A stretch of DNA of 64,000 bases, taken from an uncultured Verrucomicrobiota bacterium (GTDB taxonomy: Bacteria > Verrucomicrobiota > Verrucomicrobiia > Limisphaerales > CAYMCQ01). Position 1 is the first letter of the stretch; the number at the start of each line of letters is the position of its first letter. Both the position numbers and the translations under genes were made by a program. The notes beneath the pieces are model-generated. The model did no database searches and was not told the DNA's origin. It saw nothing but the letters and a program-made list of their open reading frames with translations. This document shows positions 27,520 to 36,000 of the stretch, piece by piece. Location of the stretch: positions 2,340-66,339 of the forward strand of contig CAYMCQ010000006.1 of assembly GCA_964389025.1 (NCBI GenBank). Reading direction: 5' to 3'.

Positions 27520-29313
27520 TCAAGTTGTAGCCGGTGGCTGAGGGGTTTGCGAGTTCAGGTTCGCCGAAACCGCTCCCGGGCTTGGAGTTGAGGCGATAAG
27601 CGGTTGCGGAGCAGCCGGTATTTGCGCCTGCGCATCGCGTTGCGCCAGGCGCTGCATTACATCCTGAGCGAGCGGCACGGAGTCGGTGACATTACGGAAG
27701 ACAGCGAGGTAGCCCTTGTTCCGCTGAAATCTCGCCTCGGCGACCGTGTAAATGAGTTCGGCCAAGTCCGTAATGTGGCGGGACAGTTCTGCCTGGTGTT
27801 CTTGGGACACTTCAATCCCCGGCGTGGTGAGCAACGCCCGGTGACGGCGGGCGAAAATGTGGAGAATAAAGTAGCGGCCGTGCCGGTAGAACATTCGCCG
27901 AAAATAACGACTTTTCGGTTCAGCGCGCTCGGAGGCCGCCAGTATGCCATTGAGATAATCGAAAACCCTGACCGCCCGGCAGAGCGCAACGCCCGTAAGC
28001 CCCTCCCGAAAAAGCGTCGGATAAAACGCCCCGTTGCGGTCGTGAATCTGGCTGATTTCTTTCTTGGCGGCTACGATTGTCTTCGTGTCGCCGCTGAACG
28101 AGGCAAGAGCGATTGCGGCTTGCTCGAAAGTGATGACGTTCGGTCCACCTTGAGTTGCTTCCTCGGACGGTCGGTAGTGGTACTCGATTCCCGAAACGGC
28201 CAACTCGCAACGCAGGCGCTCCTGATTGTGGTCGAGAGCAGCGAAGTGAAGTCCGCGAACGGCGTTTTGTGTGTTTCGGGCACGAGTTATGTCCAGGCCA
28301 AGCGTGCCCGGCGCGGCACCGACTTGGATGAGAGTGATCAGTAGTTTGGCGTCGGGCGAAATGACGCCGGCAGCTTGCGCGGCGAAAATGGAACCGACCG
28401 TCTGAGCACCATTCACCACGGAGAAACCATTCAGCGTGAACACGCCTTCGTTGTATGTGTGGCCCGGCGCCGGGGTAATCTGTGAGCAGACGGCGGTCAG
28501 GCCGTTGTTGAGATAAAACAAATCGGCAGGACGCTCACGAACAGTGACGGCGATAGCTTCATTGACGGGCTGCGCGCCCAAGTAGTGGCGGATGTTCTTC
28601 TCAAACAACTTTTTGCCATGCTGTCCATAGAGCGCCGCGAGTTGTGTTGCGGTAACGAGCCCGTAGAAAGCTGGCCGTGGTTGATTTACCGCGTACCAGT
28701 TCTGAAGAGTCAGATTCACGGCAATCGGGCCGACGGCGTGCTCTGCGGTCAACCACCCGTGAACTTTGCCGGCATCGAGGTCTTGCCATTCGAACCGATG
28801 AACGAATTGGTTCAATTCGGCTGCGAGCTGGTTGAGATCATTCACTGCATGTTGGCCGAGCGCTTCGCCAAGATGCACGTGACAACCAATAATCACGAGG
28901 CCGGGAGTCTCCAGCGCATCTTCCACGTCAGCCTGCAAACGGGCGAAGGACGCGTTGAAATTAGCGAAATTCCCGGCGGCGATGTCTCGAACTCCGTCGC
29001 GAAACTTCTTGTTGTCGCCTGCGTCAGGAGCACCGCCAACTTTGGATTGAATTAGCCACAGCCGATTTTTTAGCCGGTCAAAGAACAACGCATCAACCCC
29101 GTTGTCATTCCCGCCATCCACAACTGCGTTGGCCGCCTGGGCGGTCGCCGTATCAGCCATCTTTTCGATTGCAAATGCCGCGAGCGACCGGCTCAACCGA
29201 TTTCTTTCGTGTTGTTGTGGCGTCCAGTTTGCCTGAAGTTGAGCGACCATGGGGAAGTAGCGCTGCTTGAGCGCCGCTTCGATCTGATCAATATGTCCTG
29301 GGTTAACCGGCAT
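27520..29313 (-). CDS. AIPR (abortive infection phage resistance, PF10592-like) protein
   Basis: N-terminal VVDGGNDNGVDALFFD...LWLIQSKVGG and overall AIPR-like length. Confidence 0.65.
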   Translation of the reverse strand: MPVNPGHIDQIEAALKQRYFPMVAQLQANWTPQQHERNRLSRSLAAFAIEKMADTATAQAANAVVDGGNDNGVDALFFDRLKNRLWLIQSKVGGAPDAGDNKKFRDGVRDIAAGNFANFNASFARLQADVEDALETPGLVIIGCHVHLGEALGQHAVNDLNQLAAELNQFVHRFEWQDLDAGKVHGWLTAEHAVGPIAVNLTLQNWYAVNQPRPAFYGLVTATQLAALYGQHGKKLFEKNIRHYLGAQPVNEAIAVTVRERPADLFYLNNGLTAVCSQITPAPGHTYNEGVFTLNGFSVVNGAQTVGSIFAAQAAGVISPDAKLLITLIQVGAAPGTLGLDITRARNTQNAVRGLHFAALDHNQERLRCELAVSGIEYHYRPSEEATQGGPNVITFEQAAIALASFSGDTKTIVAAKKEISQIHDRNGAFYPTLFREGLTGVALCRAVRVFDYLNGILAASERAEPKSRYFRRMFYRHGRYFILHIFARRHRALLTTPGIEVSQEHQAELSRHITDLAELIYTVAEARFQRNKGYLAVFRNVTDSVPLAQDVMQRLAQRDAQAQIPAAPQPLIASTPSPGAVSANLNSQTPQPPATT

Positions 29314-29321
29314 GTCGGCCT

Positions 29322-31634
29322 TCAGAATGGCTTTTTAAGTGGATGCAGCCGCCGTGTCTCGCCGGCGGTCGCCCAATAACTACCGGACTTGGCGCTGCGA
29401 GGCCATCCATTCGTGGGGTCGGTCAACGCGTCCATGAGCGCAAGCACTTGCTGGCCGAATCCAATTGCATCAGCATCGAGCAACTGAAACGACATAGCGT
29501 TGAAGTGGCAGCCGAATACGTTCCGCGCCTGAGCGATGCGGGTCAATTCATCCAGGATCGGTGCCAGCGCCACGGGTGAATACGTGGGCGTTCCGACAAG
29601 ATCCTGTTCCTTCAAAACTTCGACCTTGAGAGCTTGACGCAATTTCTTGTCAACTGACGGAAGCAGGTCGCCCAAAGTATAGACGGCATTGGGCCGCCTC
29701 GGCACCGCGCATTCGTAAAGCTGCGTGAGAAAGTCGAGCGCGGCTTCGAGAATTACCCCTGCCTTGGCACAAACGAGTTGCGGATCAGGCGGGGTCTCGG
29801 CCAGGAGTTGGCGAAGGCGCTCGGTGTCGGGAATGCTCTTGAGCAGCATGAGCCCGTTGGAAGCCGTCCACTTTGACAGTTCAACGAACTGGCACTGGCC
29901 GTTCTTAAGCCAACCCCAGCGGAGTTTTTCTTTCCACGGACGGTAGTGCGTCGTGATAACGCAATGTCGGAACTTCAAAACCTCGGTATAGAGCATCTCG
30001 ATCAAACGTTCAACGTGCGGTTCATCCACGCTGGCAAGCACGTCATCGAGAACGAGGATCGTATTGTCCGGCTGGTCGAGAGCAGCCAGCGCCAGGAAAG
30101 TGCAAAGCCCGAACGTATCAAGGTGCGAATCGCTGAAGTAAGCCTGCGGCGGAGTGCCGCTTTGGCCGCAGAAGCTGGCGCCAATTTCGAGCGACGCCCG
30201 CCGATTAGGATCAAGCTCCAAGCTGATCTTGTTTAATCCTTCGCCAGGGTGAATTGCTTCATACATCCGTCCGCCTTCTCCGGCAATTGCTGCAAGGATG
30301 CCATCGGTAAATCTCTTACGTTCCTCCTCGACGATTTCGAGCGCCTTCTTGAGCTTTGGCAGCAACTCGTCGAGGTCCTTTTGAGCCTTCGTATTCTCTC
30401 GGCACGTTTTGATTGCTTTCTTGAGCGTCTCGATAAAGCGGCTCTTGTCATTGCGGTTGGTTTCCGCTTTCCGCCATTGCGCTGGCAGGTGCGCGGTAGA
30501 AGACAGCCAATCGGCGAGCGCAGTGACATTTTCTGGCGCGGGTGTCTTAGGCAATTCGATGTCGTTAGGCCAATCGTGTTCGTTGCGGCACTGCTGGAAT
30601 TCGGCAGCATGAGTTTTCGCGCTCTGTTCTATCGATTCAAGCTGCTGCTCGGCTCTTTGGACTGCCTGTTGATCCGTCTTGTTCTGCCGCTGCGCGGCCT
30701 GAAGAGCCGAAAAGGTCGCCAACCGTTTGGTGACCCGATTCGCCAAATCCGCTGCTTTTTCTGAACTTTCGCAAAGGGGGCAGACCGCTGGTGCGGGGTG
30801 TTTGTGAAGATAGCCTTTTGCAGCTTCGAGCAGGTCAACAACCGCGCCAGAGTCGCCTGCGATGTTGCCCATGCACTGCTCCTCCTTCTGCTTGCTCGTC
30901 ACGGCCGTCTCCCGAGCCGCCTTCACGGCCTTCTCAGAATTCTTCAGTCGTTCAGGGTAATCGGTAAGTCTATTGTAAGCAGCTTGGAGCGCCGCAAGCG
31001 CTTGGATTTCGGCTTCAAACGTCTTCGGTTCACGCTTGCACTCTGCTTCGGCCCAAGTCAGGGAATCGTTACCGGGCTTCCCTGCGGCCTCCCAAAAGTT
31101 GTGGATAGCATCTTGGTTTTCCTGCACGCGTGCGACCGCCTCGCCACGGCTGGTCGTGAGGTCCCGAATCAGTTCGCGCAACGATGCTTCGGACGTCTCG
31201 ACACCCGCAACATCAATAAAACGACTAATCGCGGCATAGCGATCTCCCGGTTTCGCTTCGACCAGCGAAAGAATCTGATTCCTGCGCAGGACTTCTACCC
31301 TCGGTCGAACGCCGGGCGGAATGCAGACAACCTCGCCTTTTTGAATTCGGCCAGCGCACGTGGCGCTGGCAGTTTCGAGGGACACTGTTACGTCCGAGGC
31401 TGCCTTCCCCACCGAATACCAATAACGACCCGTTTTTCCGAGACCCCGGTTTTCCAGAGAACCGATTCTTCCTTTGCCTAAAAACTCGAAAGCATCGCAC
31501 AAGGTGGATTTGCCGGTGCCGTTTTCGCCGTACACTATCGTGAGCTTCTTCCCCTTCTCAAAAGAGAGCGAGAATGGAACCGTGGACCCACGAAGATGCT
31601 CGATGGTCAATTTTCTAACGTCGTTTTGGCTCAT
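29322..31634 (-). CDS. ABC/SMC-like ATPase with Rad50-type zinc hook; RloC/PrrC-like (AAA_13) candidate
   Basis: Walker A GENGTGKST, coiled coil interrupted by CPLC, Walker B ILVLDDVLASVD, and a ~200-aa C-terminal domain with ARNVFGCHFN. Confidence 0.55.
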   Translation of the reverse strand: MSQNDVRKLTIEHLRGSTVPFSLSFEKGKKLTIVYGENGTGKSTLCDAFEFLGKGRIGSLENRGLGKTGRYWYSVGKAASDVTVSLETASATCAGRIQKGEVVCIPPGVRPRVEVLRRNQILSLVEAKPGDRYAAISRFIDVAGVETSEASLRELIRDLTTSRGEAVARVQENQDAIHNFWEAAGKPGNDSLTWAEAECKREPKTFEAEIQALAALQAAYNRLTDYPERLKNSEKAVKAARETAVTSKQKEEQCMGNIAGDSGAVVDLLEAAKGYLHKHPAPAVCPLCESSEKAADLANRVTKRLATFSALQAAQRQNKTDQQAVQRAEQQLESIEQSAKTHAAEFQQCRNEHDWPNDIELPKTPAPENVTALADWLSSTAHLPAQWRKAETNRNDKSRFIETLKKAIKTCRENTKAQKDLDELLPKLKKALEIVEEERKRFTDGILAAIAGEGGRMYEAIHPGEGLNKISLELDPNRRASLEIGASFCGQSGTPPQAYFSDSHLDTFGLCTFLALAALDQPDNTILVLDDVLASVDEPHVERLIEMLYTEVLKFRHCVITTHYRPWKEKLRWGWLKNGQCQFVELSKWTASNGLMLLKSIPDTERLRQLLAETPPDPQLVCAKAGVILEAALDFLTQLYECAVPRRPNAVYTLGDLLPSVDKKLRQALKVEVLKEQDLVGTPTYSPVALAPILDELTRIAQARNVFGCHFNAMSFQLLDADAIGFGQQVLALMDALTDPTNGWPRSAKSGSYWATAGETRRLHPLKKPF

Positions 31635-31809
31635 GCCCGGCCTCCTTTTTTTCGGTGCTAAGTTCGACGGCTAACCGCCAGTCCTCCGTCTGTAGTTTCC
31701 CATCTGCGAGTTTTGGCAGGAGCTTTTTCCCTTCCGCCGATGTCAGAAGCTTCGCTGAAACCAAGCGGTCAATGATGCTGCCCGAGAGCGTTTGGGATGG
31801 CGATTTCAT
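31615..31809 (-). CDS. Small hypothetical protein (64 aa) wedged between the SNF2 and ATPase genes
   Basis: Starts 10 nt after the SNF2 stop and overlaps the next gene by 20 nt. No motif recognised. Confidence 0.4.
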   Translation of the reverse strand: MKSPSQTLSGSIIDRLVSAKLLTSAEGKKLLPKLADGKLQTEDWRLAVELSTEKKEAGHEPKRR

Positions 31810-31818
31810 GGTTCCTGG

Positions 31819-34677
31819 TCACTTGATGGTCCAACGAAGAGTGAACAACGAAGTGCTCGTTGTCTTTTGGATGAGTTTGTCCTGCATCGTACCGATAAGT
31901 TCCTCGCGCTTCTTGTCCACTTGGTCTTGCGCGTCAAACAGTGAGCGGCGCTTTTCGCTGCGTTGTGCTTCCAACGCTTTAATCCGTTTCTGACCGGCGA
32001 GCTTTTCTTCCAGTGTCAATGCGGTCGTTGCGGCGCGTCGCGCTTCCTTGATCTGCCGGTCAATGTCCTTGATTTCGCGCTCAAGGCCGAGCTTCAAGTC
32101 ATCGGCCCAGCCGTCGAGCTTCTCCGCTTCGGCCTCGAAGAACAGCGCATTGCGCTCGGATACTTCGCGCTGAATCACACTTTTGCGACCTTCGGCGATG
32201 GATCCCAACTGTGTGGGAGCGACATCGAGAACCGGTGAGCCGGCGTATCCGGGCAGGGTGAGCAAGCGTCGAGCACACTCCTCATCCAAAGCCGTGCCAT
32301 CGTCTGTGACCGCAGAAAAAAGAAAGTAGTCCTCAGTCTGATCCAGCGATTCGATGCTAAATCTGACAAGCGCCATCCATCCTGCGCGCCCGACGAACGG
32401 TTTGAGAATCGTGACCTTACCGTCATGCGCGCTGTAATCGAAACGAACCTCAGCCACATTCAATTCACGCGCCTTCGCTTGAGTGAGCACGGCCTCGGCT
32501 AAAGGGTGGCTCAGTCGGTAAAGGTGGGCCTCACCGGAGCGGCGTGGCAGTTCATAGAGACCGAGCGGAATCTCACTATTCGCAGTCGGAAAAGGGCATG
32601 ATTTGAGATGGAATGAAAAATCGGTCACAAACTCGGCGTGGCCATTGAGCTCGTGCCGGGTCAATTGCATCAGCAATTGCTCGTAACGATCGAGGAATGC
32701 CTTTGATTTCTCATCGCGGATCTTGAGCTTTTCTCGAACCTCGTCATCAAAGTTTTCCAGCAGCTTGCGCCGCGTCTGCGACATCGCCTCAGTGATTTCG
32801 AAACTCAACTCAAGCTGAAGTTGATCGAATGCAGTCTTGATCTCATCGTGCTTGCGGCAGCGCTGATAGATGTCGTTGATTCGCTTCTCGAAATCCACAC
32901 CGCTTTCAATTGCACCCAGCACTTCGTCACTTGCGCCAAATACGCCCTCGAACAATTGGAATTTCTCGGACAACAATTCGTAAACACGTTGATCGGCGGC
33001 ATTCTTGCGGTTGAGGAAATTCACCACGACCACGTCGTGCTTCTGGCCATAGCGATGACAACGTCCAATGCGCTGCTCGATGCGCTGTGGATTCCACGGC
33101 AGATCATAATTCACCACGAGCGAGCAGAACTGAAGATTGATGCCTTCCGCGCCCGCTTCTGTTGCGATCATAATGCGGCCCTCTTCGCGGAAATAATCCA
33201 CAAGCGCAGAGCGCATGTCCGCCGTCTTCGAACCAGAGACCCGGTCTGTGCCGGAGTGCTTGTCCTGCCACGCCGCAAAAATCGCTTTCGAGCGGTCATC
33301 CGTATTCGAGCCGTTGAAAAGGACGATGCCGTCTTTGAAAGGGCTGTCCGCGAGCACGCGGAGGAGATAATTTTGCGTTCGCCGCGATTCAGTGAAAATA
33401 ATGGCCTTTTCCGCTGCGCCGAGTTCGGTCGTCTTCTTGAAGGCGATTGCCAGCGCCTTGACCAATGCCTTGCCTTTGGCGTTTTGCTCAATGGACGTGG
33501 CCAACCTGGTGAATTCGTCAAGGTCAGCGATTTCGGCTTCGATGGCGGCGCGGTCGGCGTCGGAGATCGGTTCAGCCGGTTCGTCGTCGCTCCATTCCTC
33601 GGCGGTTTCGTCCAGCGCCTCGTAGTCTTTGTCCAGTTCCTCTTCGAGCGTTTCAGCGGGTTCTACCTTTTTGATCTTCGCCTTGAGCCGTTCCGAAATC
33701 GAAGTGAGAGCCCCGGCAATGGCGAATGTGGATGAGGCGAGCAGTTTTCGAAGCACGAGCGTCATCAGCGAGCGTTGCCCCGAAGGAAGTGCTTGAAGGT
33801 TTTCGCGTCGCAGGTATTCCGAGACGAGTTCATAGAGACGGTCTTCGCTTTCCTCCGGTGTGAACTCTTCCAGAATCGGATGTCGTTTCGTGAAGGGGAC
33901 GTAAGCCGTGACCTGTCTTCGGAGCGTGCGATGGCAGATGGGTTTGAGCCGGCCTTTCAAAGTTTTGAAAACCTGTTCCTGACTGAGATTGGCGAATTGC
34001 TCCCGGAAGCTCTTGAGGTCGCCAAAAGCGTGTTCGTCAATGAAACTGACCAAACCGAACAGTTCGAGCAGGGAGTTTTGCAGGGGCGTGGCCGTGAGCA
34101 GAAGCGTGGGAACATTTTTGAGCGCCAGTTTCAGCGTGTTGGCGATGATGTTTGTGGGCTTATAGACATTTCGCAGCCGGTGTGCCTCATCAATTACCAC
34201 CAAATCCCAAGCCGTGTTCGCAACATCGGCAGCCTGCTTGCGGGCAAATTGGTAGGAGCAGATCACGACTTTGTCCTTCGCCTCGAATGACCGAAAAATC
34301 CCCTGCCTGACGGCTGCGTTGTAAGACTTCGTTTCGAGAAGCTGGCAGGGCAGAAAGAATTTCTCCGTCAATTCCTGATACCACTGCTTGCGGAGGTTGG
34401 ACGGTACGATGACCAGAATACGCCGCTTCCTCTCAGCCCACTTCTGTGAAACCACGAGCCCGGCCTCAATGGTCTTGCCAAGGCCGACTTCGTCCGCGAT
34501 CAGCGCGCCTTTGGAGAGCGGGGAATTGAAGGCAAAAAGTGCCGCGTCCACCTGATGCGGATTCAAGTCCACCTGCGCGCCGGCGACAGCGCCCGCGAGC
34601 TTTTCAAGACTGTCCGAAGAGCAACGTTTCGTCAGCTCGTAGGCGAAGTATTTCGCGTGGTAGTCGGTCAGGTTCAC
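31819..34677 (-). CDS. SNF2-family helicase with ~390-aa C-terminal extension ending in a coiled coil
   Basis: ADEVGLGKTIEAG (motif I), VVIDEAHRLRN (motif II), TATPLQNS, and helicase C QRIGRCHRYGQ. Confidence 0.85.
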   Translation of the reverse strand: MNLTDYHAKYFAYELTKRCSSDSLEKLAGAVAGAQVDLNPHQVDAALFAFNSPLSKGALIADEVGLGKTIEAGLVVSQKWAERKRRILVIVPSNLRKQWYQELTEKFFLPCQLLETKSYNAAVRQGIFRSFEAKDKVVICSYQFARKQAADVANTAWDLVVIDEAHRLRNVYKPTNIIANTLKLALKNVPTLLLTATPLQNSLLELFGLVSFIDEHAFGDLKSFREQFANLSQEQVFKTLKGRLKPICHRTLRRQVTAYVPFTKRHPILEEFTPEESEDRLYELVSEYLRRENLQALPSGQRSLMTLVLRKLLASSTFAIAGALTSISERLKAKIKKVEPAETLEEELDKDYEALDETAEEWSDDEPAEPISDADRAAIEAEIADLDEFTRLATSIEQNAKGKALVKALAIAFKKTTELGAAEKAIIFTESRRTQNYLLRVLADSPFKDGIVLFNGSNTDDRSKAIFAAWQDKHSGTDRVSGSKTADMRSALVDYFREEGRIMIATEAGAEGINLQFCSLVVNYDLPWNPQRIEQRIGRCHRYGQKHDVVVVNFLNRKNAADQRVYELLSEKFQLFEGVFGASDEVLGAIESGVDFEKRINDIYQRCRKHDEIKTAFDQLQLELSFEITEAMSQTRRKLLENFDDEVREKLKIRDEKSKAFLDRYEQLLMQLTRHELNGHAEFVTDFSFHLKSCPFPTANSEIPLGLYELPRRSGEAHLYRLSHPLAEAVLTQAKARELNVAEVRFDYSAHDGKVTILKPFVGRAGWMALVRFSIESLDQTEDYFLFSAVTDDGTALDEECARRLLTLPGYAGSPVLDVAPTQLGSIAEGRKSVIQREVSERNALFFEAEAEKLDGWADDLKLGLEREIKDIDRQIKEARRAATTALTLEEKLAGQKRIKALEAQRSEKRRSLFDAQDQVDKKREELIGTMQDKLIQKTTSTSLFTLRWTIK

Positions 34678-34851
34678 GATATCGGCGCCAGTGGGAGTTC
34701 AAAGCCCTATTGCCGTTCTCTGGCGTCTTTGCGCGAGGCTATCAGGAGGGTGCCGTCGGGACAATCCTTGATGCGGGCGTCCAGATGCGGGCGTCGCGGA
34801 CGCGTCAAAAACCGTTGCACGCTGCGCCTGCTGGACGAACCAGAAAGCTCG

Positions 34852-36000
34852 TTATCGCAAACGCGACTGGAGCGTTTGGATCGCGTAGCTCAGTGTAATT
34901 CGCTCCTGTTCGAGCAAGAGGCCATCGCGGGCCAAGCGGTCAAACAAAACCTGTTCCGACGAGTTGAGCTTCAATTCAGCGCGGGAAATGTAGGCAGACG
35001 CTTTGACGGCAAATTGCCTGAAACGGGTAAATGTTTCGACATCCATCATCACACTTTCCGAATGTGGATACTGCGAGCGCAGCACGGACAGTGATGCAAA
35101 CCCGTGCGTATCCATGTCACCCCAATACAGCAACCGAACGTTTGACAGCCATGAAAGCCGACACAAAAGTGAAACCGCGTCGCCTGCGCCAAGCAGTGCA
35201 AGCGTATTCTGTAGCGGCGGCAATGTGAGAAATGTCATCTCGTTTTCCACGATGATGACATTCTTGGCGTTGACGCGAATTCTGTCAGCTTCCTCCAACG
35301 GAATGGCAAAGTCGGTGAAAGGCAATTGCGCGTTCGTCGCAATTTCCAGGTCGAGCAAGCGAAAACGGATAAGCGGCTGCTTCTGTCGGAAACCAAATCG
35401 AGTCTCGAATGTGGAGGCGTCGAGACCGACGCAGCCGGGAGCAACAATAGGCAGCAACTCGCCCAACACACCACGGTTGCGTTCTATAAACTTGGTATCT
35501 ACTTCGACCGGTAGTTCACGCAGGTAGCAGTTTGGTCGGCCGCACTCCCGAAGGTGACGACAGACCTTGAGCAGACCATCCCATTCTGTCGAATACTCGA
35601 CAACTTTGAGCGGCTTTTCCTGCGTCCATGCCGTCAGCTCTGGAAACGTTGCGTTAATGAGTTTGCAGTTCTTCTCGAATCGCTCGACTTCGGCGCACTT
35701 GCCTAGGAACCGAGTAAAATCTTCTCGTGTCAGAAAAGAAATCCCGGCTGGAATTCGCTGGTCGCCGAAGCGTCGGAAGCCCTGGAGTTTCCATTCGACT
35801 GAATAGCCAAAACCTCGCTTCTCCTTCGACTGCTCGCGCACCTTGGCGATGGCCTCTCTCGCCTTCTCATAATCAGTGACGCGTGACATCCCAGAACCGA
35901 ATACCGCCATCGGGAAGCCGTTTTCACCGTGAGCCAACGAACGCAGGAAATCCTCATAGCGGTTTAGCGCTCGTTTCCGAATTTGCTCAGGCGACAGCAT
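34852..36000 (-). CDS. jetD: Wadjet JetD (DUF3322/DUF2220, Toprim-like nuclease subunit)
   Basis: VIIVENEMTFLTL and LLYWGDMDTHGFASL. Overlaps jetC by 14 nt. Confidence 0.85.
   Translation of the reverse strand: MLSPEQIRKRALNRYEDFLRSLAHGENGFPMAVFGSGMSRVTDYEKAREAIAKVREQSKEKRGFGYSVEWKLQGFRRFGDQRIPAGISFLTREDFTRFLGKCAEVERFEKNCKLINATFPELTAWTQEKPLKVVEYSTEWDGLLKVCRHLRECGRPNCYLRELPVEVDTKFIERNRGVLGELLPIVAPGCVGLDASTFETRFGFRQKQPLIRFRLLDLEIATNAQLPFTDFAIPLEEADRIRVNAKNVIIVENEMTFLTLPPLQNTLALLGAGDAVSLLCRLSWLSNVRLLYWGDMDTHGFASLSVLRSQYPHSESVMMDVETFTRFRQFAVKASAYISRAELKLNSSEQVLFDRLARDGLLLEQERITLSYAIQTLQSRLR

Noticed and set aside
34880-34905. tRNA-like string gcgtagctcagtg inside the jetD 3' end
   Set aside because: No D-stem closure, anticodon arm or T arm follows. 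It lies within a well-supported coding region.
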